In this document: piece after piece, positions 55,369 to 64,000 of the stretch | Position numbering within the stretch: the first letter of the stretch is position 1 | Layout of the letters: every line of letters begins with the position of its first letter | Assembly: GCA_047602405.1 (NCBI GenBank) | Contig: JASGHJ010000002.1 | Coordinates: 1,248,001 to 1,312,000 of the forward strand | Direction: 5' to 3' | From: Anaeromyxobacteraceae bacterium | Lineage (GTDB): Bacteria > Myxococcota > Myxococcia > Myxococcales > Anaeromyxobacteraceae | DNA: 64,000 nt | Notes under the pieces: generated by a model | Told to the model about the DNA's origin: nothing | The model's database searches: none | Seen by the model: the letters and a program-made list of their open reading frames with translations, nothing else | Position numbers and translations under genes: made by a program

Positions 55369-57948
55369 TCACGCCGGGAAGTGCGGTCGGACCCCGTCGA
55401 GGATGCCGGCGAGCCTCGCCGCGCCGCCCTCGGCGAGCGCGACCTTGCCGTCCTTCGCCGCGAGCACGCCCTGGGTGGTGAGCCAGGCGATCGCGTTCTC
55501 GAGCGTGGCGCGGGAGAGCGCCTCGCGGAGCGCGACCCGCCCGGAGAGGAAGTCGGCGCGGCCGCGCTCCTGGACCTGGCCGACGAGCGCCCTCCTCTCG
55601 ACGGGCGCCGCGCCCTCCGCGCCGAGGAGCGCCTGCACCGCCTCGCCGGTGAGCCGGTACGCCTCGAGGTACGCGCGGATGAACTCGGCGAGGAAGGCGA
55701 GGTGGCCCTGCTCCTTCCCGGGGGCGAGCCGGTACGCCTCGCGCGCGACGGCGCCGATGCGCTCGAGGAAGGAGAGGTTCCAGTCGAAGATCTCGTCGAA
55801 CGTCGCGCCCGGCCGGTACATGAACTCGAGCTTGAAGAGGCGGGAGAGGAAGAGCGCGCGCTCGTGGGCCGCGTCGAGGGTGGTCGAGCCGCCCCCCGCC
55901 ACGATCGCGGCCGAGACGAGCGCGGGCGCGACGAAGCGGTGGATGACGGCGTTGCGGTGGTAGTCGAGGACGAGGCGCTTGTCGTCGGGGACGATGTAGA
56001 TGGTCTCGCCGGCCGCCACCTCCACCGTCACGAGCCCGCCGGCGGCGAGCACGCCCACCGCGTCGGCGATCGGCCCCTCCTCGCGCGGATCCGACGGCGC
56101 GCCGGCGAGGTCGCGTGCGAAGCGGGCGCCGCCCTCGGCGGCGATGTAGCGCAGCAGCTCCACCCGGCGCGCCACCTCGGGCGCGCCGAGCCCGCGGCGG
56201 GCGTGGGAGAGCAGGGTGGCCGCCACGAGCCCGATGGGGGTGACGGTGACCGCGCGGCTGATGCCGTACGCGATGCGGTTGCCGAGGGCCTGCACGAGCT
56301 GGCGCTTCGCCTCCGCGGGCGCGCCGCGCATGCCGGGCGCGAGCGGCGGGGCGAGCGCGGCGGTGGCCTCGCCGCCGCTCCAGGCCTCGTCGAGGGTGAG
56401 GGCGCTCGCGCGCTCGCCGAGGCGCTCCTCGGCGACCTGGCGCAGGGAGATGGGCTCCTCGAACTGCACGTAGAGCCGCTGGTACCGGCGCAGGAGGACC
56501 TTCGCCGAGCCGAGGAGCGCGCCGAAGGACTCCTTCTGCTTCTCCGCGCCGGACAGCTCGCGCACGTAGCTCGAAGCCTCGATGAGCCGCTCGTAGTCGA
56601 TGGAGACCGGGACGAAGACCACGTCGTCGGCCGCGCCGTCGAGCCAGGCGTCGACCTCCATCGAGATGAGGCCGGTCTTCGGGAAGAGGAGCTTGCCGGT
56701 CCGGCTGCGGCCGCCCTCCACGTAGAACTCCTGGGGGAAGCGCTCCTTGAGGAGGTGCTTCACGTAGGCGCGGAGCACCGCGGTGTAGATCTTGTCGCCC
56801 TTCACGGTGCGGCGGATGAAGAAGGCGCCGCCCTTGCGGGCGATCCCGTCGAACGGCCAGAACGCGAGGTTGATGCCCGCGGCGATGTGCGGCGGGGTCA
56901 TCCCGTTGTCGAAGAGCAGCCACGAGAGGACGAGGTAGTCGATGTGGCTCTTGTGGCTGGGGCAGAGCACGATCGGCCGCTCGGCCGCGAGCTTCTTCAG
57001 CCGCGCGAGCCCGGCCTCGTCGACCTCGACCGAGGTGTAGAGCCGGCCGAAGACCCAGGCGAGGAAGGCGCGCGCGACCTGCACGAGGCGCGGGTCGTAG
57101 CGGGCGGAGATCTCGGCGAGGTCCTTGCGCGCCTCGGCCTCGACCGCCGCCGGCGCGCGGCCGGACTCGGCGGCGACGGCCTCGATCGCGGCCCGCAGCG
57201 TCCGGTCGCGCAGCACCTTCTCGCGCACCCGCGACGGGGTCTTGAGCCGGGGCCCGACCGCGGTGCGGAACTGGCGGGCGAGGTGCTGGTGGAGCGCGCC
57301 GCGCGCCTTGCGGGCGATGACCGCGTCGGGCTCCGCGCCCTCCTGGACGACGGCCACCGAGAGGTCCAGCGCGCGGCCCACGTTGAAGAAGGCCTGCCGG
57401 AAGCTGCGCAGGAAGGAGAGGGCGGTCGCGAACGGCGTCGGCGCCTCCGCCGAGCCGTAGAGGATGTCGGCGGCCGTCGGGCGGAGCTTCTGCGCGCGCA
57501 GGCTCCACACGAGCAGCACCGGGACGAGGAAGATGGGCGCCGGGCGGGCGCGCTGCAGCTCCACGAGGAGCGGGAACGGATCCCGGGGGCCGCGCCCGCC
57601 GAGGAAGACCACGGCGCCCTCGCCGCGCGACACGGTCTCCGAGAAGGCCCGGCGCGATCGCCACACCCGCGCGATCCAGCCGCGGAAGCCCGGGAAGCCC
57701 TGGGCGGCGCGCAGGGGCGGGAGGCCGTTCCGGTGCAGGAACCAGCGCAGGTACAGGAAGTTGAGCAGGCCCGGGGCCCGCATCACGTAGACGAGGCTGC
57801 CGCGGGCGGCGAGCGCGCGGAGCTCGTCCGGCGCGTCGCGGGTCACGCGGATCGGAGCGAACCAGCGATCGAGGAAGGCTCGAGGTGCCGCGGGCGGCGG
57901 CGCGCCCGCGGCGCGGGCCTGCGGAGGGGACCCGGGGGCGTCCGTCAC
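55369..57948 (-). CDS. plsB: Glycerol-3-phosphate acyltransferase
   Basis: CPSHKSHIDY (HX4D), GAFFIRR, FYVEGGRSRTGKL, VPVSIDYE; start GTG57948 follows TAGACT. Confidence 0.9.
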   Translation of the reverse strand: MTDAPGSPPQARAAGAPPPAAPRAFLDRWFAPIRVTRDAPDELRALAARGSLVYVMRAPGLLNFLYLRWFLHRNGLPPLRAAQGFPGFRGWIARVWRSRRAFSETVSRGEGAVVFLGGRGPRDPFPLLVELQRARPAPIFLVPVLLVWSLRAQKLRPTAADILYGSAEAPTPFATALSFLRSFRQAFFNVGRALDLSVAVVQEGAEPDAVIARKARGALHQHLARQFRTAVGPRLKTPSRVREKVLRDRTLRAAIEAVAAESGRAPAAVEAEARKDLAEISARYDPRLVQVARAFLAWVFGRLYTSVEVDEAGLARLKKLAAERPIVLCPSHKSHIDYLVLSWLLFDNGMTPPHIAAGINLAFWPFDGIARKGGAFFIRRTVKGDKIYTAVLRAYVKHLLKERFPQEFYVEGGRSRTGKLLFPKTGLISMEVDAWLDGAADDVVFVPVSIDYERLIEASSYVRELSGAEKQKESFGALLGSAKVLLRRYQRLYVQFEEPISLRQVAEERLGERASALTLDEAWSGGEATAALAPPLAPGMRGAPAEAKRQLVQALGNRIAYGISRAVTVTPIGLVAATLLSHARRGLGAPEVARRVELLRYIAAEGGARFARDLAGAPSDPREEGPIADAVGVLAAGGLVTVEVAAGETIYIVPDDKRLVLDYHRNAVIHRFVAPALVSAAIVAGGGSTTLDAAHERALFLSRLFKLEFMYRPGATFDEIFDWNLSFLERIGAVAREAYRLAPGKEQGHLAFLAEFIRAYLEAYRLTGEAVQALLGAEGAAPVERRALVGQVQERGRADFLSGRVALREALSRATLENAIAWLTTQGVLAAKDGKVALAEGGAARLAGILDGVRPHFPA

Positions 57949-58049
57949 GGCGCGCAGTCTACCCCGAGGACGCTCCGTGGCGCGGGTCGCGGCACGAGGC
58001 CGCGCGCCCACGGGTCACGCCGCGCTGCGTCGTAAGCGGCGCGGACGCT

Positions 58050-58795
58050 TCAGCCGAGCTTCTTCACCCGGCCCTCGCGGTCGAGGTGGTACGGCGGGGC
58101 GATCAGGGCCTCCACCGACGGCCGGTGGCCCTTCACGTCGGCGCCCATCGTCGCGAGCGCCTCGAAGACCTCGCCGCGGACGCGCGCGTTGTCCTTGTCG
58201 CGCAGGAGGAGCGCGATGAGCGCGTCGCGGGACGCCTCGCCGCGCGAGGCCACCGCGAGGCCGCGGGTCGCGAGGATCCGGACGTCGTCGGAGAAGTCCT
58301 CGAGGAGCGGCAGGAGGGCGGCCTCCACCTCGGCCGCGGGCGCGCCGGCGTGGTGCTCGCGCAGCCAGGTGAGGAGCGTGATCTTCTTGTCGGGGTCGCG
58401 CACGTACTCGCGCCCGAGCTTCGTGAGCTCCTTCAGGACGACGCCGAGCAGGCGGTCGGGCGCGGACTCCTGGAGGACGCGCAGGCCCCAGGAGACGCCG
58501 TCCTCCTGGCCGTGGATGAACGCCTCGACCGAGGGGACCGCCCGGTCCCCCGCGGCGACGAGGAGGCGCTGCGCGGTCTCCTTCTCCTCCTGGTCGGTGA
58601 TGCCGGGCTCCGAGAAGATGGTGAAGCGCAGGCAGAGGGTCGCGTAGGCGCCCGGCGTGTCGAGCTCGCCGAGCTGGTCGATCGCCTTCTGCCGGTTCTC
58701 GGGGGGGCCGTACTTCTCGGTGACCTTCTTCCCGAGCTTCTCGAGGGTGCTCCTCTCCCGCTCTCCTTCGACCCGAACAGCCCGAACAGTGCCAT
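58050..58795 (-). CDS. HEAT-repeat protein, -1 frameshift at ~58763
   Basis: MALFGLFGSKE; restoring one base gives ERERSTLEKLGKKVTEKYGPPENRQKA...LLPLLEDFSDDVRIL. Confidence 0.75.
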
Positions 58796-58826
58796 GGCGA
58801 GAGATGCCCTCCGGTGGGCCACGTGT

Positions 58827-59813
58827 TTACAACGAGATCCCCGCCCGCGGATCGGCGGAATAGAGCTCGGCGAGGGCCCTGGCGGCCTTCTCGAGCGCGG
58901 GGCCCTTCGGGGGCAGCACGATCTGGACGACGGCGTAGAGGTCGCCGCGGGCGCCCCCACGGAGGTCGGGGAGGCCCTTGCCGCGCAGGCGCAGCTTCGT
59001 GCCCGAGGAGGTGTTCGGCGGCAGGCCGAGCGCCACGGGGCCCTCGAACGTGGGCAGCCGCACCTCTCCGCCCGCGATCGCCTCCGGGACCGTGACCGGG
59101 AGGTCGACGTAGAGGTCCTTGCCCTCCCGGCGCACGTGCGGGTGGGGCTCGAGCTTCACGCCCAGCAGGAGGTCGCCGGCGGCGGCGCCGCGCCCGCCCG
59201 GGCGGCCCTGCCCGGCGAGCCGGATCTGCGAGCCGTCGAGCACGCCCGGCGGGATCTTCACGCGCAGCGTGCGGCCGTCCACGCGCACGTCCCGCTGGGC
59301 GCCGAGCACGGCGTCGCGGAGCGGGACGGCGAGCTCGGCCTCGACGTCCTGGCCGCGCGCGGGCGCGCCCGCGGCGCCGCCGAAGGGGCCGCCCGCCGGG
59401 CCGCCGGCGCCGCCGCGGCGGAAGAGGTCGCCGAAGATGGAGCCGAAGTCGAAGGAGCCGTACTCCCCGACGTCGACCCGCGAGAAGTCGCCGAAGTCGA
59501 AGGGCACCCGGCCGCCCGCCGCCCCGCGGCCGCCCCCGTGGGCGCGCCAGCGGCGCACCTCCTCGGCCCGCTTCTCGTCGAACCCGGTCCGGAGGGCGTC
59601 CGGGCCGAACTCGTCGTAGAGCTTGCGGCGCTTCGGGTCGGAGAGGACCTCGAACGCGGCCGTGACCTCCTTGAAGCGCTCCTCGGCCTGGCGGTTCCCC
59701 GGGTTCATGTCCGGGTGGAACTGCCGGGCGAGGCGCCGGTAGGTCTTCTTGATCTCGGCGTCGCTCGCGGTGCGGGCGACGCCCAGGATCTCGTAGAGAT
59801 CGCGCTCTGGCAC
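58827..59813 (-). CDS. DnaJ class II / CbpA-like chaperone
   Basis: J domain with HPD; G/F-rich linker; DnaJ_C; no zinc finger. Confidence 0.92.
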   Translation of the reverse strand: MPERDLYEILGVARTASDAEIKKTYRRLARQFHPDMNPGNRQAEERFKEVTAAFEVLSDPKRRKLYDEFGPDALRTGFDEKRAEEVRRWRAHGGGRGAAGGRVPFDFGDFSRVDVGEYGSFDFGSIFGDLFRRGGAGGPAGGPFGGAAGAPARGQDVEAELAVPLRDAVLGAQRDVRVDGRTLRVKIPPGVLDGSQIRLAGQGRPGGRGAAAGDLLLGVKLEPHPHVRREGKDLYVDLPVTVPEAIAGGEVRLPTFEGPVALGLPPNTSSGTKLRLRGKGLPDLRGGARGDLYAVVQIVLPPKGPALEKAARALAELYSADPRAGISL

Positions 59814-59889
59814 CCGGGCAAGGTAACGCGCGTTCCGCGACAGTCAAACGCGCGGCGTCACGCGGGGCCGGCTCGCATAGAATAGTCCC

Positions 59890-60534
59890 GTGATCCCGCT
59901 CCTGCTCGCCGTCCTCGCCGCCCAGCCCGCGCCGCCCGGAGGTGACGTCGTCGAGGAGGTGGTGGCGGTGGTCCGCAACCCGGCGGGTTCGCCGCCCCGG
60001 CTCGTGACCCGCACGAAGCTCGAGGAGGAGGCGCGCATCGCGCTCGTCTCGCGCGGCGCGGTCGAGGCCGCGGTGAGGCCGCTCGACGCCCCGGCGCTCG
60101 CGGCGGCCCTGCAGTGGCTCCTCGACGAGACCCTGGTCGCGGACGAGGCGGCGCGCCTGAGGCTCGACGACCTCGACCGGGACACGGTCGACCGCGAGGT
60201 GGCGCGCTTCGCCGCGCGGTTCCCGGCACCCGCGGAGTATCGCGCGTTCCTCGCCCGCGCCGAGCTGCCGGAGGAGGAGCTCGCGGTGACGCTCGCGCGC
60301 GGCCTCAAGGTGCGCCGCTACCTCGAGTCGCGGGTGGGCCGCGCCGCGCGGGTGAGCGAGGCCGACGTCGACCGCGCGCTGGCGGCGCGCGGCGCGGCCG
60401 GGGCGTCGCCCGCCGTGCGCGAGGCCGTCCGCGGGGAGCTCGCCGAGGCCGCGGCGCGCAACCAGGTGGCCGCGCTCGTCGCCGAGCTCCGGGCGCGCGC
60501 CGACATCCGCGTCCTCAGGGAGCCGGGCGCGTGA
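59890..60534 (+). CDS. Secreted helical protein, SurA N-terminal-like
   Basis: Signal peptide; VVEEVVAVV..., LLDETLV..EA.RL, ELRARADIRV. Confidence 0.65.
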   Translation: MIPLLLAVLAAQPAPPGGDVVEEVVAVVRNPAGSPPRLVTRTKLEEEARIALVSRGAVEAAVRPLDAPALAAALQWLLDETLVADEAARLRLDDLDRDTVDREVARFAARFPAPAEYRAFLARAELPEEELAVTLARGLKVRRYLESRVGRAARVSEADVDRALAARGAAGASPAVREAVRGELAEAAARNQVAALVAELRARADIRVLREPGA

Positions 60535-61025
60535 GGCGCCCCGTCCCCCCGCCGTCGCCGTTCCGGTTCCGCCCGATGCGGCCGGCCGACCTCGACCGCA
60601 TCGTCGAGATCGAGAAGGAGGGCTTCCTCCACCCCTGGTCGCGCGACCTCCTCGAGCGCGAGATGTCGCATGCGTGGTCGCACGTCCTCGTGGCGCTGGA
60701 GGCCTTCGAGGAGGCGGGGCAGGGCGACCCGATCATCGGCTACGTCGTCTTCTGGCTCGTCCACGACGAGGTCCACGTGCTGAACCTCGGCACCGCGCTC
60801 GCCGCCCGGCGCCGCGGCGTGGGCCGGGCGCTCATGGAGGAGGCGCACGCCACGGGGCGCAAGCGGGGGGCCGCGCTCTCCACGCTCGAGGTGCGGCGCT
60901 CGAACCTCGCCGCGCTCGCGCTCTACCGTGACCTGGGGTACCGGCAGGTGGGGGTGCGGCCGAACTACTACGCCGAGGAGGGGGAGGACGCGATCGTGAT
61001 GGTGCGCGACCTCACGATCGGCTAG
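60531..61025 (+). CDS. rimI: Ribosomal protein S18 alanine N-acetyltransferase
   Basis: IEKEGF.HPWS, DEVHVLNL, RRRGVG, LEVRRSN..A..LY..LGY...G.RPNYY...EDAIVM. Confidence 0.92.
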   Translation: MRRPVPPPSPFRFRPMRPADLDRIVEIEKEGFLHPWSRDLLEREMSHAWSHVLVALEAFEEAGQGDPIIGYVVFWLVHDEVHVLNLGTALAARRRGVGRALMEEAHATGRKRGAALSTLEVRRSNLAALALYRDLGYRQVGVRPNYYAEEGEDAIVMVRDLTIG

Positions 61026-61040
61026 ACACTCCGGCCCCGC

Positions 61041-62153
61041 ATGTTCCTCTGGCCCGCCCTCCGCTGGTCCCTCTTCCGGCTCGATCCCGAGCAGGCGCAC
61101 GCCGTCGCGGCGGCCGGCCTGCGCGCGATCCCGCTGCCGGTCGCGCGGGCCGTGCGGCCGCGGGCGCCGGAGGCGCTCCGGACGCGCTGCCTCGGGCTCG
61201 ACCTCGAGGGGCCCATCGGGCTCGCCGCGGGCTTCGACAAGGGCGAGGTGTTCCTGCCCGGGCTGTTCGCGATGGGCTTCTCGCACGTCGAGATCGGCAC
61301 CATCACCCCGCGCCCGCAGCCCGGGAACGACCGGCCCCGCGCGTTCCGGCTCGTCGAGCACAAGGCGCTCATCAACCGGATGGGCTTCAACAACGACGGC
61401 GCGGAGGCCTGCGCCGTACGCCTCGAGCGGCTGCCCCGCGCCGCCCGCCTCGGCGCGGTGGGCGTGAACGTCGGCAAGAACAAGGTGACGCCCAACGAGG
61501 AGGCGGCGGCGGACTACCTCGCCTGCATCGACCGCCTCCACGCGGTGGCCGACTACCTCGTCGTGAACATCTCGTCCCCCAACACGCCGGGCCTGCGCGC
61601 GCTGCAGGAGGCGGACAAGCTCGCCGCGCTGCTGCAGGCGTGCGTGACCCGCGTGCGCGAGCGGTCGCCGGGGAAGGCGCTCCTCGTGAAGCTCGCGGCC
61701 GACCTGCCCGCGCAGGCCCTCGACGAGGCGGTCGACGTCGCGCTCTCCGCGGGCGTGAGCGGGCTCATCGTGAGCAACACCACGGTCTCGCGCGCCGGCG
61801 TCGAGCGCCACCCGCGCGCGACCGAGGCAGGCGGCCTCTCCGGAGGGCCGCTCTCCGCGTCGGCCACCGCCGCCGTCCGCCGCTGCGCGGCCCGGGTGGC
61901 GGGGCGCGCGGTCGTGGTCGGCTCGGGCGGCGTCATGAGCGCCGCGGACGCCTACGCGAAGCTCCGGGCGGGGGCGAGCCTGGTGCAGGTCTACACGGGG
62001 TTCATCTACGGCGGCCCGACGTTCGTCGCGGACCTCCACCGCGGCATCGCCCGCCTCCTCGAGCGCGACGGGTTCTCGACCGTCGGCGAGGCGGTGGGCG
62101 CAGACCTGAGGGGTGAGAAACCCACCCCGGGGATGGTCACGGCAGGGGCCTGA
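61041..62153 (+). CDS. pyrD: Quinone-dependent dihydroorotate dehydrogenase
   Basis: GLAAGFDK, INRMGFNN, NVGKNK, NISSPNTPGLR, GGLSG, LVQVYTGFIYGGP. Confidence 0.96.
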   Translation: MFLWPALRWSLFRLDPEQAHAVAAAGLRAIPLPVARAVRPRAPEALRTRCLGLDLEGPIGLAAGFDKGEVFLPGLFAMGFSHVEIGTITPRPQPGNDRPRAFRLVEHKALINRMGFNNDGAEACAVRLERLPRAARLGAVGVNVGKNKVTPNEEAAADYLACIDRLHAVADYLVVNISSPNTPGLRALQEADKLAALLQACVTRVRERSPGKALLVKLAADLPAQALDEAVDVALSAGVSGLIVSNTTVSRAGVERHPRATEAGGLSGGPLSASATAAVRRCAARVAGRAVVVGSGGVMSAADAYAKLRAGASLVQVYTGFIYGGPTFVADLHRGIARLLERDGFSTVGEAVGADLRGEKPTPGMVTAGA

Positions 62154-62232
62154 GCTGACGTTCCACCACAGGTCGGCTGCGACCCGGGACACCCCTCGAG
62201 ACCCGGCGAGTGGGGGACCCTACTCTCGGTCT

Positions 62233-62261
62233 TTGACGACGCTAACGCGCCGCGTTAGGTT
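62233..62261 (+). promoter_or_regulatory. Sigma70 promoter with an overlapping palindromic operator
   Basis: TTGACG-17 nt-TAGGTT; perfect inverted repeat CTAACGCG-C-CGCGTTAG at 62242-62258. Confidence 0.65.
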
Positions 62262-62312
62262 GGCCTCGACGGCGACGACCGCCGGTCAAAAACTTCCGTC
62301 GAGGTGGTCAAC

Positions 62313-62774
62313 ATGGCGAACTCAAGGGCGACGAACGGGCGGACGGCCGCGATGGGCGACCTCTTCAAGGATCAGGTGATGACCGCCCAGGCCAGGGTCG
62401 AGGTGCTCGAAGGTGAGGCGAAGCGGGTGCTCGAGGATCTCATGGCCAGGGGACGTGAAAGCCGCCGCGATCTCGAACATTTGTTGCAGCGGCTGTCGAG
62501 GCAGGACTGGTCGTTCCCGGAGGTCCGGGAGCGCATCACGAGGCTCAAGGGGCAGGGCGTGGAGCTCCGCGGCAAGGCGGAGGCTTTCAGGGCGGAGGCG
62601 GTCGAGCGGGTGATGGAGCTGCAGGGCCGGGCCATCCAGTTCCTCGGGGCAGCCTCCCGGGATCAGGTCGATGAGCTCTCGCGCGAGCTGGACAAGCTCG
62701 CCCGCCGGCTGGACCGGGCGGAGTCGAAGCGGGGCAAGAAGGGCTCGACGAAGCCGTCGAGCCGGGGCGTCTAG
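62313..62774 (+). CDS. Phasin-like (PhaF/PhaI-type) coiled-coil protein
   Basis: LEDLMARGRE, FLGAASRDQVDELSRELDKL; SD GAGGTGG. Confidence 0.7.
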   Translation: MANSRATNGRTAAMGDLFKDQVMTAQARVEVLEGEAKRVLEDLMARGRESRRDLEHLLQRLSRQDWSFPEVRERITRLKGQGVELRGKAEAFRAEAVERVMELQGRAIQFLGAASRDQVDELSRELDKLARRLDRAESKRGKKGSTKPSSRGV

Positions 62775-62801
62775 GGCGGTCGGTAGAGAAAGGGAGGCGG
62801 A

Positions 62802-63500
62802 GTGAGGAGACCGGGACTCAGAGGGGTGATCGGGGCGATGGTGGCGGCCGGCGCGTTCGCCGTCGCGCTCCTCGCCCCCGCGCACGCGGGGGAGGGGCCT
62901 CGGCCGCTCGCGCCCGCCGAGCGGGGCCCCTCCGCGTGCCCGGCCCGCGGGTGCGACCCCGCGCCGGCCGGCTTCCTCGCCGACCTCGAGCGCGAGGTCG
63001 CCTCCCGGATGCCGGCCCTCGACGCCGCCACCCGTCGCGCGCTCGCGCGGACGGTGCTCGCCGAGTCGCGCCGGGCCGCCATCGACCCGCTCCTCGTGCT
63101 CGCCCTCATCGAGGTCGAGTCCTCCTTCGAGCCCGACGCCCGCTCGAACCGGGGCGCCCAGGGCCTCATGCAGCTGCGCGAGGAGACGATGCGCGCCGAG
63201 CGCGAGCGGAGCGGCCTGCCGCCCGCGGACCCCGCGGATCCCATCGCGAACGTCCAGTCGGGCGTGCGGTACCTGCGCCGGCTGCTCGACTCCTTCGAGC
63301 GCGAGGACGTGGCGCTCATGGCCTACAACGCGGGGCCGAACCGGATCCTCGGCTACCTGCGCGAGGGCGGGGTCCCGGACCGCTTCCACGCCTACCCCCG
63401 CAAGGTCCGCTCCGAGCTCCGGCGCCTGCGCCGCACGCTCGGGCCGCCGCCGCCGGCGTTCGCGGCGGCGGGCGGGGCCGACGCCGCCCAGGCGCGCTGA
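62802..63500 (+). CDS. Lytic transglycosylase (SLT domain)
   Basis: LVLALIEVESSF, GAQGLMQL, GVRYL, ALMAYNAGP. Confidence 0.92.
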   Translation: MRRPGLRGVIGAMVAAGAFAVALLAPAHAGEGPRPLAPAERGPSACPARGCDPAPAGFLADLEREVASRMPALDAATRRALARTVLAESRRAAIDPLLVLALIEVESSFEPDARSNRGAQGLMQLREETMRAERERSGLPPADPADPIANVQSGVRYLRRLLDSFEREDVALMAYNAGPNRILGYLREGGVPDRFHAYPRKVRSELRRLRRTLGPPPPAFAAAGGADAAQAR

Positions 63501-63527
63501 GCGCCCGCGGGTTATCGAAGCCAGCGG

Positions 63528-64000
63528 ATGCGGGTCACCGAGATCTTCCACAGCCTGCAGGGCGAGGGCACCCGGGCCGGGCGCCCCTGCGCCTTCGTCC
63601 GGTTCACGGGCTGTGACCTCCGCTGCGGCTACTGCGACACCGCCTACGCCTTCCACGGCGGCCGGGAGCTCTCCCGCGAGGAGATCCTCGCGGAGCTCGC
63701 CCGCTGGCCCACCCGCCTCGTGCTCCTCACCGGCGGCGAGCCGCTCCTGCAGCGGGAGCTGCCCGAGCTCGCGCGCGACCTGGTCGCGCGCGGCTACGAG
63801 GTCACCGTGGAGACGCACGGGCAGCGGCCGACCGAGGCGCTGCCGCCCGAGGTGATCCGCATCGTGGACGTGAAGACGCCGGGCTCCGGCGAGGCGGCGA
63901 CCGACCTCGCCTACCTCGACGCCCTGCGCCCCCACGACGAGGTGAAGTTCGTCGTGACGGGCGAGGAGGACTTCCGCTGGTCGGTCGACGTCGCGCGGCG
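63528..64000 (+). CDS. queE: 7-carboxy-7-deazaguanine synthase (radical SAM), 3'-truncated
   Basis: Read directly from ATG63528: MRVTEIFHSLQGEG..GRPCAFVRFTGCDLRCGYCDT...LTGGEPLLQ. Confidence 0.9.
   Translation, partial: MRVTEIFHSLQGEGTRAGRPCAFVRFTGCDLRCGYCDTAYAFHGGRELSREEILAELARWPTRLVLLTGGEPLLQRELPELARDLVARGYEVTVETHGQRPTEALPPEVIRIVDVKTPGSGEAATDLAYLDALRPHDEVKFVVTGEEDFRWSVDVAR

Noticed and set aside
51910..58035. Very long ORFs in the track (2041 aa and 1888 aa here; also 9320-13351, 25793-29617, 693-3809, 16070-19369)
   Set aside because: Shadow frames of real genes in high-GC DNA: Arg/Pro/Gly-rich, with no recognisable motifs.

Overview
Very GC-rich bacterial chromosome segment. Gene content (CdnL/CarD-ispDF-cysS, Cys-rich lipoprotein, Oar-like TonB receptor, FHA protein, orphan GspE ATPase) points to Myxococcota, most like Anaeromyxobacter; this is inferred from gene families, not from a search. 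About 52 CDS are supported. They include housekeeping genes (cysS, uvrB, uvrC, ppa, glgX, plsB, dnaJ-like, rimI, pyrD, queE) and a ~17.5 kb sugar-utilisation locus that looks specific for beta-1,2-glucan (TBDR, GH144-like, ABC transporter, uncharacterised six-hairpin GH, GH94 SOGP-like, GH1, TonB, divergent ROK). I saw no rRNA, tRNA or CRISPR array. Four signals stand out. (1) A mycobacterial PafBC/RecA-NDp-type promoter motif (TGTCRG-N10-TAnnnT) sits at identical spacing before uvrB and an HNH nuclease gene, suggesting a LexA-independent WYL-type DNA-damage regulon. (2) Leaderless promoter architecture (TAnnnT 6-7 nt before the start codon) is widespread. (3) Nine single-base frameshifts, eight at or beside GATC or GAGCTC, are most likely methylation-linked sequencing errors rather than pseudogenes. 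(4) The glucan locus contains a candidate new glycoside hydrolase.
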